The notes: generated by a model from the sequence alone, not told the origin. Numbered from the stretch's first letter, positions 37,187-46,439 are shown. The stretch is DNA of 64,000 bases from an uncultured Pseudomonadales bacterium (GCA_947503335.1 CANNCY010000002.1:607739-671738), one strand, 5' to 3'. Translations and numbers: made by a program.

Positions 37187-38557
37187 ATGGGTATCAAAAC
37201 GTTTGCCAAGGTTGGCGCAATCGCGCTTTCACTTGCGATATCTAACGCATACAGCGAGTCACTAACCGAAGTGTACGACCTCGCTCTTAAGAACGACCCA
37301 ATCTATAAAGCGGCTATCGCTAATAAAAAGCTGGGTGATGAATACGAAAAGCTTGGCCTTTCTTCGCTACTACCTCAAATTGGCCTAAGTGGCGCATACA
37401 GCGATGGCACGTCAAACACAACTGTTGGCAACGCTGCCGAGGTATCAACCGATACAACCAGCACCTCGTATCAGGCTAACCTAAGCCAGGTATTGTTCGA
37501 CTGGTCTGCATTCATGGATTACAAAGGCTCTAAAGCGCGCACTGCAGCCTCTGCTGCGCAGTTTGGTGCTGATCAACAAGATCTGATCGTTCGCGTAACC
37601 CGCGCATACCTTGAAGTGATTCGCGCTCACGAGAACTTAGAAACCGCCAGTGCCGAAGAACGTGCACTTCAGCGCCGCTTTGAACAGGTTCAGCAGCGCT
37701 TTGACGTAGGTCTTATCGCTATTACCGATGTACACGAATCGCGCGCGGCTTATGACTCGTCGGTAGCACGCCGTCTAGAAGCCGAAGGTAATCTTGGTAT
37801 CGCCTTTGAAGCACTCGAAGTACTAACAGGCCGCCCGCACAACGAGGTGTTATCGTTGGGCGAGTCGTTTCCTGTACGCGGCCCCGAGCCTGCGGCCCGC
37901 AGCGAGTGGGTTAACTTTGCGATGGCAAACAACCTTGATCTGAAAGTATCTGAATTTAACGCTAAAGCAGCTAAGGCTGGTAGCGACTCGGCCCGCGGCA
38001 AGCACTTGCCTACACTATCTGGTTCGGCACGTTATTCTGATTCTGACTCTGATTCTGCTACGGGCAACGCCGCTGCGATTAATACTTTAACCGACGGCAC
38101 CACTGTTGGCTTGAGTGTATCTATGCCGCTATTTACTGGTGGCGCAGTATCGTCGCAACGCCGCCAGGCACTAGAGCAGTACCATATCGCTCAAGAACAG
38201 TACGTTTTGAAAAAGCGTAACACTATTCAAGACGCTCGCTCGCAGCATTTGAAAGTAGTAACCGGTGTTGCTCAGGTTGAAGCACGTCGCCAAGCGATCG
38301 TTTCTGCACAGAGTGCACTAGATGCTACTCAAGCTGGCTATGAGGTGGGTACCCGTAACATCGTAGACGTACTAAACGTTCAGAACACGCTATACAGTGC
38401 AAAGCGTAACTACACTAGTGCACGTATCGACTACATTCTGAACACCCTTGGCTTACACCGTGTAGCAGGTACCTTAAGCACCGACGATCTAACACGCCTA
38501 GATCAGTACCTTCAGCGTGACAAGCCACTTACTCGTTATAACGGTGGCCAGATCTAA
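37187..38557 (+). CDS. tolC: outer-membrane channel TolC
   Basis: A 456-aa protein with a signal peptide and the duplicated OEP repeat structure. It is divergent from nudF as in enterobacteria. Confidence 0.9.
   Translation: MGIKTFAKVGAIALSLAISNAYSESLTEVYDLALKNDPIYKAAIANKKLGDEYEKLGLSSLLPQIGLSGAYSDGTSNTTVGNAAEVSTDTTSTSYQANLSQVLFDWSAFMDYKGSKARTAASAAQFGADQQDLIVRVTRAYLEVIRAHENLETASAEERALQRRFEQVQQRFDVGLIAITDVHESRAAYDSSVARRLEAEGNLGIAFEALEVLTGRPHNEVLSLGESFPVRGPEPAARSEWVNFAMANNLDLKVSEFNAKAAKAGSDSARGKHLPTLSGSARYSDSDSDSATGNAAAINTLTDGTTVGLSVSMPLFTGGAVSSQRRQALEQYHIAQEQYVLKKRNTIQDARSQHLKVVTGVAQVEARRQAIVSAQSALDATQAGYEVGTRNIVDVLNVQNTLYSAKRNYTSARIDYILNTLGLHRVAGTLSTDDLTRLDQYLQRDKPLTRYNGGQI
38036..38059 (+). 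repeat. in-frame hexanucleotide repeat (TCTGAY)x4 inside tolC encoding SDSDSDSA
   Basis: Read directly from the sequence: TCTGAT TCTGAC TCTGAT TCTGCT. Confidence 0.8.
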
Positions 38558-38561
38558 GCCG

Positions 38562-39824
38562 TTAAAAACGAAGCTTTGCCAAGGCTTTAACCACGCGTGA
38601 TAACGCACCACGGTTAGCCTCGGCGTAAGATTGGGCCGCCTTGCCAAGCGCATCGCGGCCCTTTTTATTGTCGATGAGTTCAATCATGCGTGTTGCTAAT
38701 AGCGCTGGCGTGTCGATCACCTCAATGGCGTGCTCGGCTTTCATGTCAGTCACGATGGTCGAAAAGTTATGGTAGCTAGGGCCAATCAACGTAGGGCAAC
38801 CAAAGGCCGCAGGTTCGATCGGATTATGACCACCGTGCTCGATAAAGCTGCCGCCAATGACGGTAACAGTAGCCGCCCCGCAAAAACTTAATAACTCGCC
38901 CAACGTATCGCCAACAAGAATGTCGGTATCGCTGCGCAATGTTTCGTGGCTTCGCAGTTCGCTGTTCCAGCCTTCTTCGCGGCATTGGCGAATAACGCGT
39001 ATAGCACGTTCTGGGTGGCGAGGCGCCAACACCATAAGCAGGTTACGGTGATACTCTTTGATCTTGGCATAGGCATCTAAGATCTTCTCTTCTTCGCCCT
39101 CATGCGTGCTAGCTACCAGCATCACTGGGCGCTGTTCAGTACGCAGCCATTCTCGAAAACCTTCAGCCTTAGCGATTACTGCATCACTCAGCTCTAGATC
39201 AAATTTCAAACTGCCTGTTACCTGTAGGCTTTTGATAGGAAGCCCCATTTGCAAGAAGCGATCTGCGTCAGCCTTAGCGTGAGCAAGCACCAGCGATAAC
39301 TCGCCCATCATTGTTTTGGTTAAGTGCTTTAGTTTTAGATATCCGTTCTTTGAGCGCTCAGACATACGCGCATTAATCAACACTACCTTCACGCCGCGTT
39401 TAGCCGAATAGTTAATTAGATTAGGCCACAGCTCGGTTTCCATAATCAGTAGCGCACTGGGGTTAATACGATCAAGAAATCGATTAATAGCTCCCGGCTG
39501 ATCAATAGGTGTGTACACGTGCAATACGCTGTCACCTAACTTTGATACCACCTGCTCAGAACCTGTAGGGGTCGTCGTTGTAACTACCATTTGGTGATCG
39601 GGATACTGCTGCTGTAATTTTTTAATCAAGGGCATCGCCGCAAGGCTTTCGCCCACGCTAACGGCATGCAACCAAATCACCGGCTTTGTTGGGCGAATAT
39701 CGAACAAACCAAAACGTTCAGCAATGCGCTGACGATAGGCGGGGTTCTCTCGCGAGCGAATAAGCCAACGCAAAAGCACAACAGGTGTAAGTAAATAATA
39801 TAAGGCGGTATATAAGTAGCGCAT
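38562..39824 (-). CDS. waaA: 3-deoxy-D-manno-octulosonic acid (Kdo) transferase
   Basis: A 420-aa protein with an N-terminal anchor, the WLHAVSVGE motif and GGSF...GGHNPIEPA near the C-terminus. Confidence 0.9.
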   Translation of the reverse strand: MRYLYTALYYLLTPVVLLRWLIRSRENPAYRQRIAERFGLFDIRPTKPVIWLHAVSVGESLAAMPLIKKLQQQYPDHQMVVTTTTPTGSEQVVSKLGDSVLHVYTPIDQPGAINRFLDRINPSALLIMETELWPNLINYSAKRGVKVVLINARMSERSKNGYLKLKHLTKTMMGELSLVLAHAKADADRFLQMGLPIKSLQVTGSLKFDLELSDAVIAKAEGFREWLRTEQRPVMLVASTHEGEEEKILDAYAKIKEYHRNLLMVLAPRHPERAIRVIRQCREEGWNSELRSHETLRSDTDILVGDTLGELLSFCGAATVTVIGGSFIEHGGHNPIEPAAFGCPTLIGPSYHNFSTIVTDMKAEHAIEVIDTPALLATRMIELIDNKKGRDALGKAAQSYAEANRGALSRVVKALAKLRF

Positions 39825-39923
39825 GGTATTACCCTAGATCGTTGTGGCGACTATACCACAATCGTTACTTGCCTAAGGGGTACAGGTTGGTAAAGTGTAC
39901 GCATTCAAATAATGGAGTACCCC

Positions 39924-40538
39924 ATGCAGTTACCAATCAATATCGACAGCGTTAAAGGCTTTTTGCATCCTGACGAAGGCAAGGCGCTATACGACTATGC
40001 CCTTGAATGCTCTCAGTCAAAGGCGATTATGGAGATCGGTAGCTATTGCGGTAAATCGTCGGTTTACTTGGGTACCGCCGCCCAATTAAACAAAAGCACG
40101 CTATTTGCGGTAGATCATCATCGTGGTTCAGAAGAGCATCAGTTTGGCGAAGAGTACCATGACCCTGATGTGTACGATAATGACGTACAAATGATCGACA
40201 CATTTAAAGCCTTTCGTTGGGCTATGAAAGAAGCTCGCTTAGAAGATACGGTTGTACCGGTAGTAGCACCATCAAAAGTGGCGGCCAAACACTGGCACAC
40301 GCCCCTAGGTATGCTATTTATTGATGGTGGGCACAGTATGCAAGCGGCCTTAGATGATTATCGTTGTTGGGCGCCTCAGATAGCCATTGGCGGTGTATTG
40401 GCCATTCATGATTTGTTCCCAAACCCTGAAGAAGGCGGGCAAGCACCCATTACCATTTGGCGTATGGCGTTGGCGTCGGGCTTATTTGAAGAGATCGAAG
40501 TGGTTGGCACCCTTGGCTTCGCCCGCCGCATTGCCTAA
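39924..40538 (+). CDS. class I SAM-dependent methyltransferase (Methyltransf_24-like)
   Basis: I preferred the ATG at 39924 because GGAG lies 6 nt upstream. It has an IMEIGSYCGKSS motif I and LFIDGGH. Confidence 0.7.
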   Translation: MQLPINIDSVKGFLHPDEGKALYDYALECSQSKAIMEIGSYCGKSSVYLGTAAQLNKSTLFAVDHHRGSEEHQFGEEYHDPDVYDNDVQMIDTFKAFRWAMKEARLEDTVVPVVAPSKVAAKHWHTPLGMLFIDGGHSMQAALDDYRCWAPQIAIGGVLAIHDLFPNPEEGGQAPITIWRMALASGLFEEIEVVGTLGFARRIA

Positions 40539-40551
40539 TCAAGAGAATCGA

Positions 40552-41196
40552 ATGAAAGACTTTTTAGCACAGCAAGCACTTTACTGGATTCATCGCCTGC
40601 TATCACTGACCTGGCGCAAGCACTACCATATTGATCCTGAGTTTATTGAACGCCATAACAATGGCGAGCCATCGACAGTGGCCGCTTTTCATGGCGACCA
40701 ACTGGCCACATTGCATCTTCTGCGCAAGTATCGCTTTACGGTTATGGTGTCAGACTCAAGAGACGGTGAATTGCTTGCTAGCTTGATTGAAAAGAATAAA
40801 GGCGAAACCGCACGCGGTTCTAGCAGCAAGGGTGGTGTTAAAGCACTAAAAAGCATGATTAAGGTTGCCCGCTCGGGGCGCCCAATTGTCATTGCAGTAG
40901 ACGGCCCTAAAGGCCCAATTCATGAAGTTAAACCCGGCATATTCGAGATTGCTCGGCTCGCAAAGGCGCCGATCTTTTCGTTGTCGGCAGGCGTTAGTAA
41001 TTATGGGCGAGCGTACACCGCTTGGGATCGCACATTGATTCCTAAACCGTTTGCGCGTGTCGACGTTGTAATAAAAAAGGCGATGGACCCGCTAGGGCGA
41101 GACGTTGACTCTAAGAGCCCAGAACTCGCCCAAGAATTAGCAGATAAAATTTTAGATTGCCGCCGCGACGCGATCGGCTATGTCAAAGGTAACTGA
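40552..41196 (+). CDS. DUF374 / lysophospholipid-acyltransferase-like protein
   Basis: I chose the ATG at 40552 (MKDFLAQQ); the track start at 40387 would overlap the upstream gene by 150 nt. It has the DUF374 hallmarks SDSRDGE...ARGSSSKGG..AL. Confidence 0.78.
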   Translation: MKDFLAQQALYWIHRLLSLTWRKHYHIDPEFIERHNNGEPSTVAAFHGDQLATLHLLRKYRFTVMVSDSRDGELLASLIEKNKGETARGSSSKGGVKALKSMIKVARSGRPIVIAVDGPKGPIHEVKPGIFEIARLAKAPIFSLSAGVSNYGRAYTAWDRTLIPKPFARVDVVIKKAMDPLGRDVDSKSPELAQELADKILDCRRDAIGYVKGN

Positions 41197-42192
41197 CGTA
41201 CTAAAAATATCAGATGCCAACGAGTACTTACAGATTGCGTCAGCCGCTAGTACGGCGGCGGCGCATGTCCAGGTAGGCTGCTCTAAAGGCCAGTAAGCTT
41301 GATCTCTAAATTGCCAGCCCGTCCAGTATACACCTTGCTCATCTCGCCACTGTGTTAGCCAATTAAATACTTCAATTGCTTTGTCTAGTTGATTAGAGGC
41401 AACTAACGCCATTACCAACTCGCAAGACTCTGCAATGGTTACCCAGGGTTCATCGCTAACACAGCGACAGCCTAAACCCTGTTCAACAAATGTATCCCAT
41501 CGGCCTGCCAGTCGGTCTTGAGCTTCTTGTTCTGAATAAATGCCCGCCAGCACAGGATAAAACCAATCCATTGAAAAACGGGTTTTCGGCGCCCACGTAC
41601 GATCAAAGCGTTCTGGTTTGTTTCGTAATGCATCGGTTAACGCAAACAGACCTGTTCGCCATTTGGGTCTTGACTCGCCCAAGACATCGGCGATTTTTAC
41701 GGCGCAGTCTAAACTGCGATTGATCGACGCGCAGCCAGTAATCAACGCGTCATTCATGATCTCGCCATTGGCGTCGAACGCCCATTGAATTTCGCCATAC
41801 TCTGATTGTGCCGATAACACACAATCGATAGCAGATTGCACCATCAAAAACTGGTCGCGCAACCAAGACTTATCTTGGGTAATTAAAAAATGATGCCACA
41901 CACCCGTCGCAACATAGGCAATAAAATTGGTTTCGCGACGCTCTTTTTTATCAGGAATGCCGTCACGATATGATTCCCACCAACTGCCATCTGGCAATTG
42001 ATTATTTTGCAACCATTCGAACGCCTTTCGCGCCTCTTTAACGTGACCAGTTACTGATAGCGCCATCGCCGCTTCGGTATGGTCCCAAGGGTCAAGATGC
42101 CCGTCTTCGAACCAAGCGATAGAACCGTCTGCTTGTTGAACTTTTATAATTCGCTCAACATTGGGGGCGAGTATTTGTGCAGGCCACTGCAT
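41152..42192 (-). CDS. alpha/alpha-toroid repeat protein, prenyltransferase/terpene-cyclase-like
   Basis: A 346-aa protein with repeated QW-like motifs (QQADGSIAW, QLPDGSWWESY, DEQGVYWTGW). Its start shares TAATG with the upstream methyltransferase stop. Confidence 0.55.
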   Translation of the reverse strand: MQWPAQILAPNVERIIKVQQADGSIAWFEDGHLDPWDHTEAAMALSVTGHVKEARKAFEWLQNNQLPDGSWWESYRDGIPDKKERRETNFIAYVATGVWHHFLITQDKSWLRDQFLMVQSAIDCVLSAQSEYGEIQWAFDANGEIMNDALITGCASINRSLDCAVKIADVLGESRPKWRTGLFALTDALRNKPERFDRTWAPKTRFSMDWFYPVLAGIYSEQEAQDRLAGRWDTFVEQGLGCRCVSDEPWVTIAESCELVMALVASNQLDKAIEVFNWLTQWRDEQGVYWTGWQFRDQAYWPLEQPTWTCAAAVLAADAICKYSLASDIFSTSVTFDIADRVAAAI

Positions 42193-42905
42193 TATTTTTT
42201 ATCACCGTTCTTAAAATAAAAAACAACGCTTTTACCCATTATGGGGTCAAACAACTTTTCGAACCATTGAGTTATCTTGGGGCGTTTCATTAAGTCCCAA
42301 ACTAACAGCTTGTGATAGGCTTTTACCAACGGATTATTATCGCCCGACTTATAGAACATACAACGCAACCACCAGTACGGCACATGCAATGAATGCGCAC
42401 CATGGCGATCAAAGCACTGCATATCAAATGCTTCGATCTCTTTTATTAAACTTGGTGCATGAAAAATTCTAATATGCCCGCCCGGCACGCGGTGATAGGC
42501 GTCAGAGAATGCCCAACAAATTTTTTCTGGCCAAGCTCGCGGCACTGAGGCTACGAATATGCCGCCGGGTTTTAGTACACGTTTAATTTCTGCTAAGACG
42601 CCGTAGTAATTGGGTATATGCTCTAGTACTTCAGAACAAACCACTTTATCAAAAGTGTCGTCAGCAAAGGGCAGTGACAGACCGTTAGTTTGCGCATAAC
42701 CAATTGAACGGCTTTGATCGTCTACTTTAAACTGCGCGGTACGTTCTACCGATATTTGTAAATCTTTAAAACCTAGATCTACGCCTACCGCCTGCACCTG
42801 ATCATGAATATAAGCCCCGATAGTATGACGCCCTTCACCACAGCCTAAATCTAAAATTTTATCGCCGGCTTTAAGACCTGCTTTTTCAAAATTAACGGTC
42901 TGCAT
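42192..42905 (-). CDS. class I SAM-dependent methyltransferase (Methyltransf_11-like)
   Basis: It has an ILDLGCGEGRH motif I and a VVCSEVLEHI post-II region. Confidence 0.85.
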   Translation of the reverse strand: MQTVNFEKAGLKAGDKILDLGCGEGRHTIGAYIHDQVQAVGVDLGFKDLQISVERTAQFKVDDQSRSIGYAQTNGLSLPFADDTFDKVVCSEVLEHIPNYYGVLAEIKRVLKPGGIFVASVPRAWPEKICWAFSDAYHRVPGGHIRIFHAPSLIKEIEAFDMQCFDRHGAHSLHVPYWWLRCMFYKSGDNNPLVKAYHKLLVWDLMKRPKITQWFEKLFDPIMGKSVVFYFKNGDKK

Positions 42906-44217
42906 GGCTTAACATCTTTTCGTAGTATTCGGTTAACTCTTGCGCAACAGCGGCCCAAGAAAATGTATTTTCTATTCTTGCTCGACCTGTATATGACAAC
43001 TGCTTTTGGTGCTGGGGGTTGTCTAACAGTTTCGCTATTTCGCGCCCCAGCGCTTCGCTATCGCCTTTGGGCACAATGATACCGGCATTACCAACCACTT
43101 CGGGTAAGGCGCCCCCATTTGACGAAATAACCGGCACACCACAGGCCATCGCTTCGCCAGCGGGCAACCCAAACCCTTCGTATAGGCTTGGGCAAATAGC
43201 GATCGTTGACTCTGAATACAGCTCAACCAAACGCTCTGTCGAAATGCCGCTAACAAACTGAATACGATCTGCGATACCCAGTTTTTGTATTAGCTTTTCA
43301 GTTGGGCCTTCGGGTTGCAGTTTGCCGACTACGGTTAACTGCAATTGCGGAAACAGTTTAGCCAATTTAGGTAGGGCTTCTAACAGATAACGTAAACCTT
43401 TTAGTGGCTGATCGGCCGATGCCGTGCAAATCAAACGATAACGACTGCGCTCGGGGTTATCTAACGGCTTAAACGTATGTGTATCAATGCCGTTATAGAT
43501 AACTTTAAGATGATCATCTGGCACACCAAAATCGGTTGCTGTATCGCGGCGTGATTGATCAGATACCGTCACCACATGCTTAAGCTTTGCAGTTACTTTT
43601 TTCTGCATTCCTAAAAAGCTGTACCAGCGTTTAGTCAGTAAACGGTATTTCCAGTTAGGCGCAGCGTCTAACGCTAGCTGGCGGTCGTGGGTAATCGGGT
43701 GATGCAGGGTCGCGATGGTTGGTAAGAACCTTTGAATATCTAACAGACCATAAGCCAAGCACTGGTTGTCGTGCACAATATCGTATTGATCTTGATGTTT
43801 TTTTAGATACTTAGCGACGCGACGCCCAAACGAATAAGGCTCTGAAAAACCACCGGTAAGCATCGAAAAATATTCGGTCAAATCAGCCCATGATGCAAAG
43901 TGTTTTAATCGCAACGCTCGATGATGATCAGGAAACCACTCATACAAGTTTAAGCCCGGCATTTTGATCAGAGTGACGTTGTCATCAAGTTGCGGATAGG
44001 GCTCGCCCGAAATCACATCAACCTTATGGCCCATAGCCGTCAGTGCACGAGACAAGTACTTAATATAAATACCCTGCCCCCCACTAAATGGGGCCGAGCG
44101 ATAGCCAAGTAAAGCAATACGTAATGGCTTATCAGCCAACTTGGGGGTAGAGCGATCTACCACCGCTATTGAGGGTTCGGCTTGCGCTGAAACTGCAAGC
44201 GTCTGCGATTCGGTCAT
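42892..44217 (-). CDS. GT4-family (group 1) glycosyltransferase
   Basis: It has an N-terminal GGQGIY donor-loop region and a C-terminal E-x7-E motif (EGFGLPAGEAMACGVPVI). Confidence 0.88.
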   Translation of the reverse strand: MTESQTLAVSAQAEPSIAVVDRSTPKLADKPLRIALLGYRSAPFSGGQGIYIKYLSRALTAMGHKVDVISGEPYPQLDDNVTLIKMPGLNLYEWFPDHHRALRLKHFASWADLTEYFSMLTGGFSEPYSFGRRVAKYLKKHQDQYDIVHDNQCLAYGLLDIQRFLPTIATLHHPITHDRQLALDAAPNWKYRLLTKRWYSFLGMQKKVTAKLKHVVTVSDQSRRDTATDFGVPDDHLKVIYNGIDTHTFKPLDNPERSRYRLICTASADQPLKGLRYLLEALPKLAKLFPQLQLTVVGKLQPEGPTEKLIQKLGIADRIQFVSGISTERLVELYSESTIAICPSLYEGFGLPAGEAMACGVPVISSNGGALPEVVGNAGIIVPKGDSEALGREIAKLLDNPQHQKQLSYTGRARIENTFSWAAVAQELTEYYEKMLSHADR

Positions 44218-44304
44218 AACAGCTATTATTGTGCATCAAAGCGCTCAGTTTACGCGCATTTTCATGCTTTTCAAACAACTGTTTTAAATTGAAACCATGC
44301 GTTA

Positions 44305-45015
44305 TTAGCAGTGCCGTTGATGATAATAACGATGCTTAATCCACCAATGGTAAAGCGCCTCGGTTATAGGCTGCCCTTTACGGGTAATCATTTCGTCTTC
44401 GGCTTCAACGCCCTCAAACCATAGCCGCCATTCGTCGTCTTTTTCATAGCAGTAGCGGCGCAATTTAGATGACAGTTCGGGGTAAGCATTTAGCTGCGCT
44501 TTCACACGCGGCAAATGCATTCGCCAGTCTACGCTGCCTGCTTGTGCTTCCCAGGCTACACGGGTCAAGTCAAACCCTTTAACGCGCTTTAAGCATTGAA
44601 ACGACGCTTCTAATTGATCTTGTACCATCACCGGAAACCTCAACAGATCTTCGTGCTTGACGATACAGAGCCTAGGGTGAAGCTGATGCTCGGTAGCAAA
44701 GCGGTCTGACGTTAACCAATCTTGACCATCAAAACAGTATCGATCATTGGCAACTAGAGAGACACTGGTTCTAGGGTCGCGAGCCATATAGATAACATAT
44801 AATCGCTGATCTCGTAGAAAGGGTTCCTCTATAAGGTTTACATCAGACTGATTAGCGCCGATGCATAGGCTGCCGCGACGTTCATTACCGCCGTACTGAA
44901 ACAGGCTCTCGCTGCCCATCAAACAGTCATCATATTGATACGCCGCCGCCATTAGCGATAACAGCATTTGCGTGTCGGCACCTGGGCTACCCACGATATG
45001 AATGCGCTTTCTCAT
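44305..45015 (-). CDS. sulfotransferase-fold-like protein with degenerate PAPS loop
   Basis: I chose the ATG at 45015, which forms an ATGA overlap with the upstream stop. IHIVGSPGADTQ sits where sulfotransferases have G.PRSGTT, and ARDPRTSVSL resembles the 3'-phosphate-binding RDPxD..S motif. Confidence 0.45.
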   Translation of the reverse strand: MRKRIHIVGSPGADTQMLLSLMAAAYQYDDCLMGSESLFQYGGNERRGSLCIGANQSDVNLIEEPFLRDQRLYVIYMARDPRTSVSLVANDRYCFDGQDWLTSDRFATEHQLHPRLCIVKHEDLLRFPVMVQDQLEASFQCLKRVKGFDLTRVAWEAQAGSVDWRMHLPRVKAQLNAYPELSSKLRRYCYEKDDEWRLWFEGVEAEDEMITRKGQPITEALYHWWIKHRYYHQRHC

Positions 45016-46439
45016 GCTACCCCCTGCTGAAGCACCGCATCGACAATGGGTGACAACCACTTAGATTGTTGTAATCGGTGAATTAAGGTAGAGCGATGTT
45101 TGACTGGCCAACTTTCGATGAATCGGCTCAGGTCAGCTACCTGCTTTGCGCGCAAGCCTTCGGCTCGATCGCTCAGATTATACGCTCTTACGAAGTACCA
45201 CTGATCGTTAGCTTGCATCATCCGATCGGTGGTTAAGCAGCCATGGGTAAGATCATTCGCGACCATGCGCTCAAGTAAGGTGACCACCTGATCAGGTACA
45301 GGCAATGACGACTTTCTTTTAAGCTGTTGGGCGAGTGATGTGCCTCTAATCGTTTCGGTTAAGAGATAGCTCTCGCCACCACCCATTCCGGTCATCAGTT
45401 CAACTCGCCCAGTAGGCTTTGCGGTGGGAATACCCGCAAGCTGCATCAATGCGTAGGCTCGCCAAGCATGATGCATTGCCTCTGGATTACTAAACTGGTG
45501 CAGCCATAACTTGGTGCCTTCTATGTCTACTTGGGCCAGTCTTGAAGGGTCTACTTGCATAACTGGCTTACCCGACGCTAGCGCCATAGCGGGGTCATCA
45601 AGCAGAACACCCAAACCCGCAGTGCAGTGGGCGGGCGAGACAAGCGCCTGCACCCTAGGATGATAGAACTCGCGAAACTGACCACCCGCGATCGAGAAAT
45701 CGCGCAGAAACTGCTGCTTCACTCGATTGTATTGGCGAGTGTATGCCCGTTCGAAAGCATCATTGACTCGGTGGGGTGCCCAGCCGCGGGCGCGGTAGTA
45801 TTCGCCCACCAGATAGCGTAAGCGGTCGCTTTCGAAGTGCCCGATCGCCGAAAACAGGCCGGCAACAGCTTCTAGTGAAGGCAGGTCACGTACTGTGGTG
45901 TTTACCGGCATACAGCGTAATCGCTCGCCCGTAATGACTGCCCAGCTACCCTGAACCTGCAGATAGTCGTGCATACAAAACTCTGCTACCTCGACCCCTG
46001 ATTCGTGCAACTGGGCGAGCAAGTCTAATACACCGATTAAAATTTGCTGGCGATCTGTATCATTCTCGGCGCTTGCCCAAGCCTCGTGCAAGCTGCAGGT
46101 GGGGCGCTCTAGCTGATAGCCCAACACACGCAATGGCAAGTGAGTTGCCGTTGTTTCAAAGTAGAACTGCAGTGTACGAGCGCCGCGCTTTTCGGCTTTA
46201 GTAAGAGCCTGCTGATCTTGGCTCCACGGTTTATTTCGATAGGAGGCATAGCGCCACATTTTAACCAAGCACACCTTGTCACCGTGGCTTGCAATGGCAA
46301 CATAGTGACCGATGGGGTCAAAGTAGATAAGGCGCTCTAATGTAATAGTGCCCACGTCATTCAAGCAAAGCTGCAGTGGCAACCGCAAGTGAATGGCAGA
46401 GTCGGCTAAATCAGCGGGTCTCAGCTGGTGGGCATTCAT
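45012..46439 (-). CDS. protein with two degenerate Kdo/WaaP(LPS-kinase)-like halves
   Basis: I preferred the ATG at 46439 because AGGAG lies 10 nt upstream. The first half has LLAQLHESGVEVAEFCMHDYL, and the second half has GIPTAKP...SYLLTE...NDLTHGCLTTDRMM...WYFVRAYNL. Both resemble the LPS-kinase catalytic-loop region but with the HxD Asp replaced. Confidence 0.4.
   Translation of the reverse strand: MNAHQLRPADLADSAIHLRLPLQLCLNDVGTITLERLIYFDPIGHYVAIASHGDKVCLVKMWRYASYRNKPWSQDQQALTKAEKRGARTLQFYFETTATHLPLRVLGYQLERPTCSLHEAWASAENDTDRQQILIGVLDLLAQLHESGVEVAEFCMHDYLQVQGSWAVITGERLRCMPVNTTVRDLPSLEAVAGLFSAIGHFESDRLRYLVGEYYRARGWAPHRVNDAFERAYTRQYNRVKQQFLRDFSIAGGQFREFYHPRVQALVSPAHCTAGLGVLLDDPAMALASGKPVMQVDPSRLAQVDIEGTKLWLHQFSNPEAMHHAWRAYALMQLAGIPTAKPTGRVELMTGMGGGESYLLTETIRGTSLAQQLKRKSSLPVPDQVVTLLERMVANDLTHGCLTTDRMMQANDQWYFVRAYNLSDRAEGLRAKQVADLSRFIESWPVKHRSTLIHRLQQSKWLSPIVDAVLQQGVA

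Noticed and set aside
40387-40551. N-terminal 55-codon extension of the DUF374 ORF overlapping the upstream methyltransferase gene
   Set aside because: The extension is basic and Trp-rich and overlaps the conserved C-terminus of the upstream gene by 150 nt. The internal ATG at 40552 gives a typical DUF374 N-terminus.
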